DNA of 58,400 nucleotides, the filler included, from Sluysia triapertura (Eukaryota): the NCBI GenBank assembly GCA_046118255.1. It is 4 parts of 4 records of this genome, joined end to end, with 100 filler letters (N's around TTAATTAATTAA, not from the genome) between each part and the next. Parts side by side here need not be neighbours in the genome. Positions count along the whole stretch, not along the records: positions 35,456 to 47,544 come from JBJNIA010140503.1; positions 47,645 to 58,400 come from JBJNIA010193858.1; 2 more parts are not named here. One strand, written 5' to 3'. The notes beneath the pieces were generated by a model that was not told the origin of the DNA, made no database searches, and worked only from the letters and a program-made list of their open reading frames with translations. This document shows, piece by piece, positions 36,233-50,271 of the stretch. Both the position numbers and the translations under genes were made by a program. Every line of letters begins with the position of its first letter. Position 1 is the first letter of the stretch.

Positions 36233-39200
36233 CCGCTAAGGTAACGACAATCTCAGATCTGAAAGTCATCATTTTTCCTATCATCATTTTTATCTACAAG
36301 CTAAACATCCCTGCACTTCATTCATATACTGATCGAAATGGTTTACTAAATATAAGTCATAAACATGGCATCTTAATTACCACTTCGGCTGGGTCATGTT
36401 GTGATGATGTCATCAACCAAACTGGCGGGACAGTCATGTGGGACACTATTCAAATCACTCCGAGTATGTTAGGAGGTAAATATATAATTTTTAATTTTTA
36501 TTGTTTAAACTTTTGTATAATTTATAAAGTTCATAACTCATTTGTTATTTCTCATATTAGGTTTTATACATTTACTGGTTCCATGAAACGCTGGCGCAAT
36601 GAAACAAACTATATTCGTCAAACATTTGTATATAACATAATAAAAATAAATGTATTGAGATTTGTTTATCATTTTTTGTGCGATTATTACATTAACGATA
36701 TAATTCAATTGAAAAATAATTACAATTTTATTAAATTTGCTATCATAGAATATTTCAAATATAATAAACAATGTTATAATAATACAGCTCATAACAAAAT
36801 GGATCATAATTTCAAATCTTATAAGATAAAAATGTCCTTAAAGGATCATAAAGGAATCCATAGATATTATATCTTAGCTTATAAAATATTGTTACATATG
36901 ATCAATAAAAGTGAATGCAAACTTTTAAAGTCGTCAATTAACTACTACTTTCATACATTTCTAAATCTAACGCCCTCAAGTCTATCATACCCCATAAATT
37001 TTTCCATATTTGAAATAGAAATTGAAAATTGAAATAAAATTAAAAAGCTTTTATTTACATTATTTTATAATTAAAATTGTAATAATATAAAATAAATGAA
37101 ATATTTAACAAATTATATACATTCTTATTAAATTAATACATTACTAATTTTTTTACAAATTATTTTTATAATTTTGTATTTTTCTACTTACAATTTCAAC
37201 CACTTTGTCGTTTATATTACTTTTCGTGTATGTTTCTAGTGTTTTCTGAATGTATTATTTTAAATGTACTTAAATGAAATATAATCAAATTACTGAAATA
37301 TACGTTTGATTTACATAATTGATATGGATAATTAGAGACGACACATTTAAGCTAATTTCCTTTTGCGCTAAATCTTTTAACATTATAATTCTTATTTTTC
37401 ATTTATGTTATAAGTATTTATTTTTTTTAAATTCTGATTGTAGAAGTTTTACAAGATTTATATTACATAATATAATTAACAGATAATACGAAATTATGAC
37501 TAAATATTTTAAAATAAAATAAGCAACTTCGTATTTGAAAAATTTTCAAATTCAAATTAATTATTTTTATTTTTATTTTTGAAATGGTTGATGAATAATA
37601 AAAACCTCATTAATTTTAAATTGTCGTTTGAGTTTTTATTCAATTTGCACATTATGAGCGAGTAACAGTCATTGAAGTGGGTATTAATACCTGTCCCGAG
37701 CATAATGTGTTATTAAAAATTTTAAAAACTTATTGAAAGGGCCAAATGTTGCATCCGTCTTAATGGTACGATCAAAAAATTCTTTATTTTTAGTCTGAGA
37801 TTATCTATTAGTAATTTTACGTGCTCAGTAGTACTAACAATATTTTGTAGAATTAAATTGTTACCAATTAAAAAAAGCTTTTTCTTGAGTTATTTCATAT
37901 CAATTTGTTTATATACGTTGTGCTTTTTTTCGTTCATTTTATCTAGAAATAATCGAAAATCATTTTTGCACAAAATTTAGCAGTTTAAAATACAAACAGA
38001 AATAAAATTAATTGAGATAATCCGGATCTCTAATGAATTGTAACAATGTTTTTCTTGATAAAAAAGAAAAAATTCAGTATTTTATTGTTTTATTTATATT
38101 TATCACTTTCAAATATTCATTTATTTAGCAGTCAAATTTTTATTTTTGAAGATAGAGTTTATATAATAATAATAATAAATAATAATAATAATGGATTATG
38201 TATTTTGTAAATAGTTGTTTTCCTTGTACTTAATCAACAAATAACGATTTTAATTGTTAAGCAAGAATAACACTAATTTCCTTTGTAAGAAGTTACTTAA
38301 AATTTCCATGGATATTTTCATTACATTTATTGTTTACTGAACATTCAAAAAACATTATTAACGAAATAAAACATGTATAGTACATGTATAATTAGTGTTA
38401 TTATTGGAATAGTGATTCTGGAGTAATTTGATTTGATTGGAGTAATTTCTTAATTTGATTGATTAATATCATAACATTAAGGTTACACAATCTATTTTTA
38501 TTTTTAATTCTAATATCTATTCATTGCAGCTTATATTTTCTGTTTCTATGACGTAAAATTAATACTTTCCTAAAAGTACACAGACAGTAGATTTATTGAT
38601 TGATTCTGAATAGGTTATACTAAAATTGATGATAGTGTCATTTTATATCGTTGAATTAATTTTTATTTTGAAAATAAAAATATCGGTTTAAATTTTGTCA
38701 TTTTAATCGATTAAATACGTGCAATTGTATTTATTATTATAATACATATTGTGATAATGATTATTATGCATTGTTACAATTGCAATTGTTATCATCATTA
38801 TGATATATTATAATTACATATATTAATGCTATTACGCATAATTACGATTATAATTATTATACATTACACATTGTTACAATTATAAAAATTATTATTATCA
38901 TTATGATATTGCATATATTAATATTGCATATTATAATTATAATTATTATGCATTATTACTATCATTACATATTTTATTAGTGTGTTATTATTGTTCTATT
39001 TGTAGCATAATATTCATTTATTTTAATTTTAATTTTCACTTATTTTAATATTTCTAAGTTTTAAATCAAAAATCTAAAATTCATCTAATTTAAACTTATT
39101 AAAAAAATTAAATTATTTCAAATTAAAATTAAAATCATTACCATTAAGATTATAATGCTTTATATCAACTTAAAATGAGATTTAATATGGATTGAAAATT

Positions 39201-39559
39201 TAACAACAAATAGTAATCAGTTTTAGATTGAAATAAAATAAATAATCATTTTAAAATAAGATTCTATAAAAAGAATTTAACATTATATTAAATTGAGATT
39301 GATTAGTACATTAAAAATTAATAAAATTATTTTCGATTAAAATCAACTTAAATTAAAGTTCGACTAATTAGACACGTTTTATATCTGATCGAAGACGTTT
39401 TCTAACTCAAGGACACAAAAATATAATGTTTACGGGCGTTTGTATCTGTTCATAAATAACAAGTAATCAATTTCATCTGTGACACGAATATTATCCAAAT
39501 TATTATAACATTTTTCATTAGAAAATTGGTGTGAAAAATAAAAAATCTAAAGAGTGAAA

Positions 39560-39840
39560 TGAAATTCATTATTTTTATGTATGCTAACAATGTTGTTATT
39601 TTAATGTGAGAAGTAATTTAAGTAAAAATAGATTGAACAGAGTAAAAGAAAATGATGATTGTTAATAAATCAAATTTTTGTGTTTTGACATAGTGTACCA
39701 TGTAATTGTCAAAGTTGTTATTGTCGGTCTAATTCTCAAAGATGATTTGTATGAGGGAATGTTTGATTATTAAGCTCAGGATTGATTGGATGATGAGCAA
39801 GTATAAAATGAAGTACTTTAAAATTTTACAACACAATAAT
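39560..39840 (-). repeat. Dispersed repeat, copy 2 (see 10880-11140)
   Basis: Collinear similarity to 10880-11140. Confidence 0.6.
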
Positions 39841-40599
39841 CATATAGAGCCACAATTTAAATTCGAATAGTTCTGCTCATTTCCATGCTGTTGGTAATTT
39901 TCATTTTATTTTAATTTTGCTTAATTTAATTTTATTTGAGTAGGGAAAATAATTTTTTCTTAACTTGTTTTTTTAATTGATTTTCAATTAAATTATAAAA
40001 TTATTAAAATATAAAATTTAATAAAATTATACTTACATAAAATATTTTAAATATCCAAATTACATCGAAATATTAGATTCCACAAATAATTCAAATATTC
40101 AAAATTTTCGATCAAAAAATTCCAATAAAATGTTACACAAATAAAATAAATTATTGATTAAAATACAAACTATGTATAAATATGTGCGACTATAAATATA
40201 AAAAATGAAATATATATATATATTAAATTTTAGTTGTGTTTAATAAATTTTAGGTATTTTTGTCTTAAATCTTTGTAAATTGTTAAATTATTGAAGAAGT
40301 AAAATCAATAATAGAAGAGCAACAATATAAATATTTGTAATTTGTATTATTGTAATTTGTAATATGGATATTTGTAATATGAATATTTGATAATAGATAA
40401 ATAAGTAAAATTTTATAAATTAAAGTTAGATTCCAAGAAAAGTTACTAGGATTAGTAAAGAGTTTAATTAAGTTAGTATATTAAACATTAAGGTATTCGA
40501 GAGAATCAATTAAGAATCAGACTAAAAGTAAAGATATTTATTCAAGAAAGGAAATAAATTATGGTGATAAAGTTTATAGTTAAAAAAAGGAATCTAAGG

Positions 40600-42458
40600 T
40601 TCAATTGCTGGATACATTAGTATAGTTGAATTGTTTGTAGAAATAATATAAAATGCTTATGTAATACGCATTTCTAGGCTTACGAGTTACAGCTACGATT
40701 TTTTCTTCAATAAGAATAATACTTCGCACTTACTTGAGGTTAATCATGTGTTTGTGAATTCTTTTCTTAATAATTTGGTTCATTATCTTAAAGGTAATGA
40801 TTTTAAATCTTATTAATAGTACTTATTATTGATATTATTGGGGTTTGACCTTTCTTTCGATGAGTTAATGTTGTTATGATTCTTTCTGTTAAATGGAACC
40901 GTTATAAATTTATAATTTATTTTGATTTTTATAAAGGTAAGATTACAACTATATGAGTTTATTAATAGTTGAATATTAATATCGAAAATTTTATTAAGAA
41001 TTTTGTCATAACCTTAACAAGTTTACTTTGATTGTGAATTATAGTGGATTTTACTAAGACTCCTAAATTGAATCCGATGAAGAGAATATAAATTTTACTA
41101 AGGTTCTTAAATTGAACCTGTTAAAATTAATTGCGATGCGTGTTATTTAAATTTAAGTTAAGTTTTTTCAAAAATAATTATCTGACTTTATTCAAATATA
41201 ATAACTAAAAGAAATTTATAAATTTTTAAATTAAATAACAATCGAGTTTATCAATACGTGTAATAAGTCAATGAATAATATATGCTAGTGTTTCTTATAA
41301 TGTAACTTACACTTAACAACAAAATTATCTGAGGGTTTAGTCCACCTAATACATACGTTTTATACCAATTCTGGAGACGTATTATTAGGGTTTTTAAATT
41401 TAATTAACTTAGCTTAAATTATTAATCAATACAACTAAATAAACTCGAATCGAATTCTTAAATCTTTTGATTTTAGTTAGGTTGCACAACCCTTTTATTA
41501 AGGTGTTAGGAAAAAGAAGTTGCACAACTCTCTTACTGAGATGTTGTATTGAAAAGAATATTTTATTTATTTTGCACAACCTTTTTATTAAGGTGTTATA
41601 AAAATAAGTATTTTAACGATTTATTTAGTTGTGTGAAATCCTTTAACTTATAAACTCAATGAAAACTATCAAATTCTCTAATATTTTATTTTATTTATCA
41701 AATACTAACAGAAAGGGAAAAAACTAAATTACAAACCAATTGTATAGTAATAATATAATTTTAAAATAATTCAATCACTAGATTGATTATATATATTTTA
41801 AAAATGATAATTACTCAACCCTTTCTTTAAGGTATTGGATAAATATACAGAAATTTGCCTGAGATTTAAATATTCCCACTTAGGGTAATATGTAAACCTT
41901 AATAATAAAAAATTACTTGATTGCTTTGGTTAACATAATTGATAAACAAAAAATTATTGAAAGTTTTGATCTCGATCTAGTTTCGTTATGGTTAACTGTT
42001 ACTTGATGATTGATAACTTAATAACTAATTATTGCTGCGTCTAAATTTTTCTGTTCACTGCTTGATGATTTCTGCCTAAACTATTTCAAGTTACTCTATT
42101 TATACTTACTTGAACAAAGGTTTCCTTTATGAATAATAATTAAAATTTAACTAAAATAATTTTTTCTTTATTAAATTTTAAAAATAACTTACTAAAAATA
42201 ACTAAAATAATTTTTCTTACTTGATTTAAACCAAATTCCTAAAAAATAAATAAATTATTTAATTTAAACAAAATTTAAAAAATTTACTTAGTTTTCTTTA
42301 ATTTATATTTTAGTTTTTTATAATTTATTTAATTTTATATTTTTATCTTTATTTAATTTTTATAATTTTTTATTTTAGTTATAATAATAATAATATTTAT
42401 AAAATAATTATTATATAAAAACACAATTATTATATAAAAAATAATTTACACCTTTACA
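40600..42458 (-). mobile_element. LTR-element remnant inserted into the adjacent pseudogene
   Basis: The minus strand starts TGTAAAGGTGTAAAT right where coding-like sequence stops. It shares GGTTGCA.AACCCTTT with about 11365 and AGTGGATTTTAC with about 15452 (reverse). Left boundary unknown. Confidence 0.4.
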
Positions 42459-42459
42459 G

Positions 42460-43680
42460 GCTTATGATCAACAAATTAAGGAAATCAATTAACAAGGCAT
42501 TAATGACTATAATAATTTTTATATTTTTTATAACAAAGAGTTATAATTTCGTCATTCAACTTCGCCCAAGATTCATCATCTAAAATAAAATGAAGGTTTA
42601 AATTATAGACAAGGTAAATAAAAGAAATAATTACATTATGAGGATACTGTAAGACCTGTGAAATCCACGCCATTACATTTTGGTTTTGAAACAGCAAGCA
42701 GTCTGTGCATTTAATTTTAATAGAATTGACTCTGATATTATTTTGGGATAAATAAATTTCTAGTAGAGCAAAAACATCTAGTGTAATACGCTTGGATAAT
42801 TTTCTCGTAAGTTCTGTACAAATATTATACAATTCATGAGTTGTGATGTCATCGTCGCCTCTATAGGTAATGTTTGTATTGTAAATCAAAAGGTTTGAAA
42901 AATCAAATAACTTTAGAACATGATGGGCAGAATTACAACGAACATTTATTTCATCATTCGTATTTAACATAATAAAGTAAATAATTACAAAACACTATTA
43001 GTGATTCATTATGAAAAGATGTAAAATGACCGAATAAATATGCAACATGTAGTAAAACATTATCTTGTGCTGTATACTTTAAATTTTCTTTACTATAAAC
43101 AGTCATCAACATGCTAAATGAAACGGCGATATTGTCTTTATTACGACCATAGCCTTTTAGAGAATCAATTAAGAAAATTATAGATTCATCCACATTATTC
43201 ATTTGACTTAATGTAGTAATACTTTTTTTCTCTTTAAGCATATTCTCTACAAGTAAATGAGAATCGAAAAATATAATATATCTCGTTACAACGTTCGCTA
43301 TTAGTAACTGAACTTGTTTTTGAAAAATAATGATTACTATATGTCAAAACTATAAATTTGAAACAATTTTTTCATCCATTCTAAAACTGGAACTAAGTAT
43401 CCTGAATTGCGTACGAAAATTAAATAATATCGTTCTATACACTCAAGATTGACACATTTGAATTTTTCATATAAATTACCAACTATTAAACTAATTAATT
43501 TGCTGCTGTTCTCAGTTGATACTAAAGAAAACTTCATTAGGATATCAGATATTTGACAATTAGAATCATATTGTGCTCCAAACAGCTTTTTAATTTCATT
43601 TATTAATTAACGAAATAATGCAAGTAATTCAGTTTCAGAATTAAGTTTAAAATTACACTGTGAATTTTTATTCATTTGGT
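42460..43680 (-). pseudogene. Disrupted gene fragment, predicted helical protein, unidentified
   Basis: Three consecutive same-strand ORFs (43337-43537, 42954-43241, 42500-42970) joined through stops and frameshifts. Confidence 0.45.
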
Positions 43681-43785
43681 TAGACGTTAATTTACTTGTA
43701 TTTCAATGTTATTTACGCTTTAGAAATTTTATAATTTTAATAATTGTGATTGTACTCTGAAAATTTTTATTAAGAAATTGATCTG

Positions 43786-43848
43786 ATTAGTCGTCCAATC
43801 AGATAGCGCATATTCAATAATCAGTATTACACTGATTGGACGACTAAT
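43786..43848. repeat. Perfect 17-bp inverted repeat with a 29-bp spacer
   Basis: ATTAGTCGTCCAATCAG (43786-43802) and CTGATTGGACGACTAAT (43832-43848). Confidence 0.9.
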
Positions 43849-45343
43849 ATTAAAATTAAAACAGAAGCATTGAGTGCTGACATAAATTTACATAGAATAA
43901 TCAGCAATGTCAGTACTGGTGATGGTAGATACAGATTTTGTCGTTAATTAAAATTAAAATTCTTCTTAAACCTTACACGAACTTTCTTGTAATTGTCTTA
44001 ATATTTCTTAACATATTTTGAATCCAAAACTAATAACGAATGAATTGAGTGAAATAACAACAATAACATGAGGAACGACGTTATAGTTATTGAACTGCAT
44101 AAACTCTTGAATTCTTTAAAAACTGTACACAATCTTTAAATCCTTTAGATTTCTAAACATATTGCAATACATTTAAATATGTTTGAAGCTAAAATATTTA
44201 AGTAAAGGTTAGTTTAAATGAATTTTACATATGATAGCAGATCTTATACCATGCAGCGAAATGCAGAACGATAGAATGAATTTTTAGATGGTGACTAATG
44301 TTTGTGATTGATAGTTATATTTGAATATTGGAAGACTGTGACCATAAGATGCACTGAGAAGAGTGTGGTTTAGTGCATGAGAAAAGATAAATTATAGTAC
44401 AACTCTTAGTATATTCGAAAGGTTTTGTACAATATTGATAATATGATTTGTTCTCTTGCTATTTTTAAGTGGTATTGTCTTTTGTGCTGTTGGGGATTAT
44501 TTGATAACAAATGATGAATTTAAAATGTTGAAATTGATTCGAAGGTGTCGGGTGGCTAATTTCAAATGTGGTTGTAGTTTGATTGTCGAGTAACACATCT
44601 TTGATGGATCTGTTGATGTAAATTGATGGTATTGGATGTAAGTGTGGTTTGTATGTTGAGATTGTGGATATGACTTGATTCTGGCAGATGAACTGTTTTA
44701 GTGAGTGAAGAGAAGATAAACATGTGAATATTAAAGTGTTAAGGGATTATTTTTTTAAGAAAAATTTAATAAAAGTGAAAGTTGACCACCAAATCATATG
44801 AGTTATAACAGCTCTTTTTTATGACAATGTCACCAAGAAACAACTTTAAATTTTATTAACACATAAACCATTCCGCGTAGTACTCACAATTGTAGAATTT
44901 CATAACAATTTTGTGAATAAAGTAACGAAATTCTGACGAATGAAATTGTTTAAATCAGAAATTAAAAAAAATTCACTAAAAGAACGTTAAAAAGTTTGTG
45001 ATTATATAACCAATTTCATTTTATATTATAACTTTTGGCATATAATTTACTTACATCTCCTTTGTGTCATAGTATTTATTTGTGCTACCACAGTGTTTCC
45101 GTTCAATCCATAATTTTTCTTCTAGCTAATTAAGAGTGGTAAATCCTATTTCACATTCTTCCTTTCTTATTTTTAAAGACTAAACTTTATTTTTTGAAAC
45201 TACTAGAGTTTGAATTATTTCTCGTAAAAGTTTTGAGATTATCTACAATTAAAATTATTTTCCAATTTGGGATTTTAATTGACACCTACACAATAGTCAA
45301 AAATTGTCTATCAGTAATTAAACAAAAACAAATGCTTAATCCT

Positions 45344-46106
45344 TTATACTTTTATCTCAGGAAGACAAATAATCGCTTCAAAGGCGAACTCCACAAAACC
45401 TATAAATAAAAAAGCAATATTAATATGCTAACCAATTATCCTAGTTAAATCCTTATTGTACTTTTTAGCTAGTTCTAAAGTACTTGTTGAATTTATATCT
45501 GTATTGGATTGTATTATACACAAAATAAGTGAATTCTCCTTCTTCATATACTCTACTGTTATTTCTTCAGTTTTCTCAATTATATCTTTATCCTGATCAT
45601 CGCTTTTAGATTTCACAAGACCTGGTAGATCTATCATAGTTAAATTTGGAACATTGGGTGATTCTTTAATTAATATAATTTCTTCATTAACGACTTTATT
45701 TTCCAATACATTAACTTGAACTAAAATGAATAATTTATTAATAAGCCATTTATTGTTATTAAAAGTAATTACAATCTTAAAACTCTATAACAAAGTACTT
45801 ACTTTCATGAATTACATCATTTGCATTGATCGATTCACCTGACTCTATTTCTTTCCCGAGGAATAAAATTGTTGTCTTGTTCTTATTTGATCTCCTCATT
45901 TGAATTAAGAGAGGACATACTGTTGTAGTACCGGTACCAACAGGTAACTGAATTCCCGTTATTGCTGTCATAACAGATGACTTTCCAGCACTTTGTTCAC
46001 CAACAACTACAATTTCTGGTAAATCAATACCTTTTATATCATATAAAGAAAGTTTATTTCGAATATCATCGATTAAATTTAGTTTTTCAACAAATTTTTT
46101 CAACAT
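45344..46106 (-). CDS. Mx/dynamin-family GTPase, N-terminal GTPase domain, apparently truncated; exons 46106-45803, 45720-45433, 45399-45344
   Basis: LPEIVVVGEQSAGKSS (G1), LPVGTGTTTVCPL (G2) and LTMIDLPG (G3). An 82-nt GTAAGT..TTTTAG intron keeps the frame, and a 33-nt GT-AG intron is a candidate. No TKxD (G4) motif found. Confidence 0.85.
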
Positions 46107-46850
46107 ATTTCAGGAAGTAACAATTATTTAAACAATTTTATATTAATAAAATAAAAAGTAGTTTTATCAATAAGTAGTGTAATATTAATTTCTAAATTTA
46201 AGTTATATACTCTTTATATTGCTTTTGCAATCAAAAGTACGATACATTAACAATTACAAATTCATTAACAACGATTGTACAAAGTATTATTTTAATGATA
46301 CTTTATTATTGGGTTGTGTAAATTTAATATTTCTATATTTTTATGCGATACAGCATTATCAGATTCTTTTCATTTTTTTAACTGTGTAAACTGTCAAAAC
46401 TCATTACAATCATTGCGTAATTTTTATCAATATAATGTTAATAGCTTACATGAATTCCTTGTTTTGTATGCTTTTGTGAAGTAGATTATTTCAAAATTTC
46501 TTCACAGACACTAAATACTATTGAGGCATATATGCCTAAAAATGTCATTAAATATTTATATAATGTATTACATAAAAAGTCATATGACATTTATAACTCA
46601 TTAGTCTTAACATATAGATTTAAACTTGGGACCTTCAACAGAAATAAAAGCAAATCAGGTAAATATTTGCAAGAATTTCAGTGCCGTTTCTTTAATAATT
46701 TAAAGTAACTCTTAAATTCAAAACCTAGATATCAAAAAAATATGTTTACTGCATTTAAATTTTAACTTCATGCCTAAAAATACTATAAATATTGAGCTTT
46801 GCAAAAGGTGTCATTTCGAATAATAATAGTATAATTTACTATAACAATAA

Positions 46851-46942
46851 AATTGATAGCTTAGTGATCAGAGGATCGAACTGCACAACTATAAAGCGAG
46901 AGGTACCGGGTTCGAATCCTGGTCAGTCCATTTATGAAATCT
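46851..46942 (+). repeat. tRNA-Ala-derived element, copy 2; fragments also at about 47033-47113 (+) and 48330-48357 (-)
   Basis: TGATAGCTTAGTG...GAGGTACCGGGTTCGAATCCTGGTCAGTCCATTTATGAAATCT matches copy 1 including its 3' flank. The B-box is intact. Confidence 0.75.
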
Positions 46943-47119
46943 TACATATTTGGTGAGCCCACAGATCCAAAGCCATTAATAATTAATAATTTTCATGATG
47001 TTTGAAGTAAAACATAATTGATACGGGTGAAATATGTTGAGGTAGAGGCCTAAAAATAATGATAGTATAATTGACTGTAATAAAATAAAATTATTAGACG
47101 GGGCTAATAACTCATTTGC

Positions 47120-47265
47120 CAGAAAATGCCTGCGCAGATGAAAGAATTCTTCTTTGTCACTCTGAAAAATACCTATGTACCCATTATGGTCATATCGTTG
47201 GTTGAGGTAACTTCTCCATGCTCATACCGAATGGCTTTCCAGATCAATATGGATGGATTGTACCT
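47120..47265 (-). mobile_element. Possible non-LTR reverse transcriptase remnant
   Basis: Frameshifted reading resembling the DLEKAFD.AWR motif. Confidence 0.3.
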
Positions 47266-47544
47266 GCAACAATACAGTTTTAAATGAGAATAATGCGAGT
47301 TGCCTCTGTAAAGTTAATTTTTTATGTTTTTGTTATATTTTACGTTTTTTATTAAATTTATTATATGTTTATTCCTAAAATTAATATTATTATTACAAAA
47401 TTAACTATTAAATAAAATTAATAAATTTAAGTAAAATTTTTAATTTTAATAAAATTATAAAAAATTGTAAATAATAATTAAATAATAATTTAAAATAATT
47501 AATAATTTTATAATCATATTTATAAATATTTATTTAAAATAATT

Positions 47545-47644
47545 NNNNNNNNNNNNNNNNNNNNNNNNNNNNNNNNNNNNNNNNNNNNTTAATTAATTAA
47601 NNNNNNNNNNNNNNNNNNNNNNNNNNNNNNNNNNNNNNNNNNNN
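47545..47644. other. Artificial contig spacer
   Basis: 44 N + TTAATTAATTAA + 44 N. Confidence 0.97.
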
Positions 47645-47649
47645 CGATT

Positions 47650-48325
47650 TATAAAATACCTCTCAAAATATAAATTCAATAAACTTTCGTTGGTCCTTAA
47701 GATCAATAATAATATAATTATCACAGGGTAGAGTTTTTTATTAAAGCTAGACCCTTATTATATTTAAAATCTTTATTGATTAATATAAATTTGTTATTTT
47801 TGTGTGTTTATTACATTTTTGAAAGAATCATATAAAATTTTAATAGTTTCTTGTGAATATTTATTAATAATTCTTTTAATTCTAACATTAACTTTTTAGT
47901 CGTGTTTATTTAATTATTACATTTATAGCATTTTTGTTGTATAATAAAAATATCAGTTTTTCTGTATTTTATTATTATTTTTAAAGAAATAAAAGTATTA
48001 AGGTACGATTACAATAACATTTTTATTAGGATAATTTGTTATTAAAAGATACGATCTGCACTAAGAAGTTTTACACTTCCACTCTTAAATTAATACCTAG
48101 AATCTAACATTGGTCTCATTTAGTTTTACTTAGTTCTAGTTGTAAATTAACGATTTTACTTATTAGTATTAAATAGAGACGAAACATTTTTTTAAGAAGT
48201 TAAATTTTGATAATTACTTTACGTGATTTTTACAGATACGCCATAGGTAAGTCGTATACTGTAAACGGACTCATAAATATTAATTATTTTTGCTGTAGGT
48301 AAATCTTTAGGTTAAAAAAGAACCC
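47650..48325 (-). repeat. Dispersed repeat of about 0.7 kb, copy 2 (see 3975-4700)
   Basis: Its reverse complement is collinear with 3975-4700. Confidence 0.7.
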
Positions 48326-50271
48326 AGCAGAGCTATCAGCCCTATCTAACAGTTTTATTTTATTATTATCAATTTTACCAAATGGCACCTTAAGCCTTTT
48401 TACACCAACAAAATAATAAAAAGAAAATTGCCTAAAAAAATTTTGGTCACAATTACTAGATGGAAAAAAATATATTAATTTATATTGCGCTCATATCTAC
48501 TCAAAAGCACTTAAAATAAATCATTCACTATCATATTTCTAAAACAGAAAGAACTTTACCTTTTTCTTAAGTAATTCATAATCTTCCAGTAATTTGATAT
48601 TCTCTGGTAACTGGTTGTATACAACAAGTGGTATACAAAATATCACTATGGATATATTCATCAATGAAATATTCATCTTAATTTCCAATTTTTTATTATT
48701 TCTAAAAGATATTAAGGATTTCCGTAATGTGAGAATTTGTAAATTATTGTCATGGTTTTGAATTCTAATCTTGCTTTTTTTGGCAGCAAATGTAAGGTGC
48801 TACATGAGATCTTCTTCCCACTTGGAGAATTAGTCTTGCTGCTTGATTAAAAATGAAAAATAATGGATAAAAAATTAATTAATTAATTACAGATTGAAGA
48901 AATTCCTATTTGGACTGAAAATGTATTAATTGAAACTGACGATAAATTATCAGAATTAAATTTTAAAGAAGAATACTGTCTCTTTGTTCTGAATTCGATA
49001 ATAATTCTTTATTTAGGAAGTGTTTCTAAAGAATTTGATAATTATGAGAAAATATCGACTAAACGTTTAAATAATCGTTAAAAAGTGATAAATTGATGCA
49101 TTATTATGTTGAAGTCGAGGTTATTATTTTACAATTGGTGTAAGTCATGAACACGTTAATTTTTTTCGTTATGAAGAAGTTTTACGGTATGTACCAGTTC
49201 TATAGAAAAATGTCAACTTTACTCCGAGTGATTTTTAGTTCTTCAAAGCGCAGAAATCTGAAATTTCTGAATTAATGCTTTTGTTAAAAAATACTATTCC
49301 GTTTTATATTGATAAAGTTGTCTTTAAATATTTAGTGTCGTTCTACATTGGGCCACTTGTATGAAGATAAGTTTAAATCATATTATACTTTGTTATAAGC
49401 TAATTCACGAATGATATTGATATTATTTAGATATTACGTATATGGAAATAAATCTTACAGTTATTTAGAATATATAAAAATTTATTTACTATAGGAAAAT
49501 AATATCAATCGATTTATTAATTATGTGGTTTCAATAAAAATATTTGTAGAATTATCTCTACTTCTACTAAGACATTAATAAAATTGATTAAATGTCTCAA
49601 AATCCATTAAACAACTTCTATATGACAAATCTATATTTATTAATGTGTACTATTTTTAATCATTTCAGTAATATAATCTCAAATTTTAAATCAGTATAAC
49701 TATTTTTATGAATATTGTACATCATAGGTTTTACTTATACTGAAAATCAAAGTCCATACATAGTTTACATACATATAAATTTGAAATAACTTTGAAAAAA
49801 GAGAATTATTTTTGTTTGCATGCTCAAATTTTGAAGAAAGTTGAAACAGCAACAAAATATATTTCATAAATATCTATATTGATTTTTAATAAATAATTTA
49901 TCTATATATGTATTTGAAATGATGTTATGTTTAATATTATTTCCCTTAACCGTAAGGTAAGAATAAGAACAATATTTAAACTGAGTTTTCATTCGTGGCT
50001 TCTAAAAATAGTCACATACAATTATGATACCTATATTGTAAAATGAAATTTAAGAAAAAAGAAACCGAACAAAAATATTACTGCATACATTTCAACTACC
50101 ATTATTGTTTGTGTGTATTATAGGAAATTATATATTACACAATTTTATAATATTCTGGAAGAAAGTGACACTATAATATTAGAATTCTTGCTTTGTACTA
50201 ATTATAATTATGTATTTATTTTAATTATCTTCGATGAATATTTTAATGTGGTCACAAAACTAATTTAAATT

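Noticed and set aside
36436-37032. 198-aa ORF, and other short I/N/K/F/Y-rich ORFs (e.g. 3633, 4185, 10773, 21707, 22901, 55769-56610)
   Set aside because: Composition mirrors the AT-rich background and no motifs were recognised, so they are not supportable as genes.
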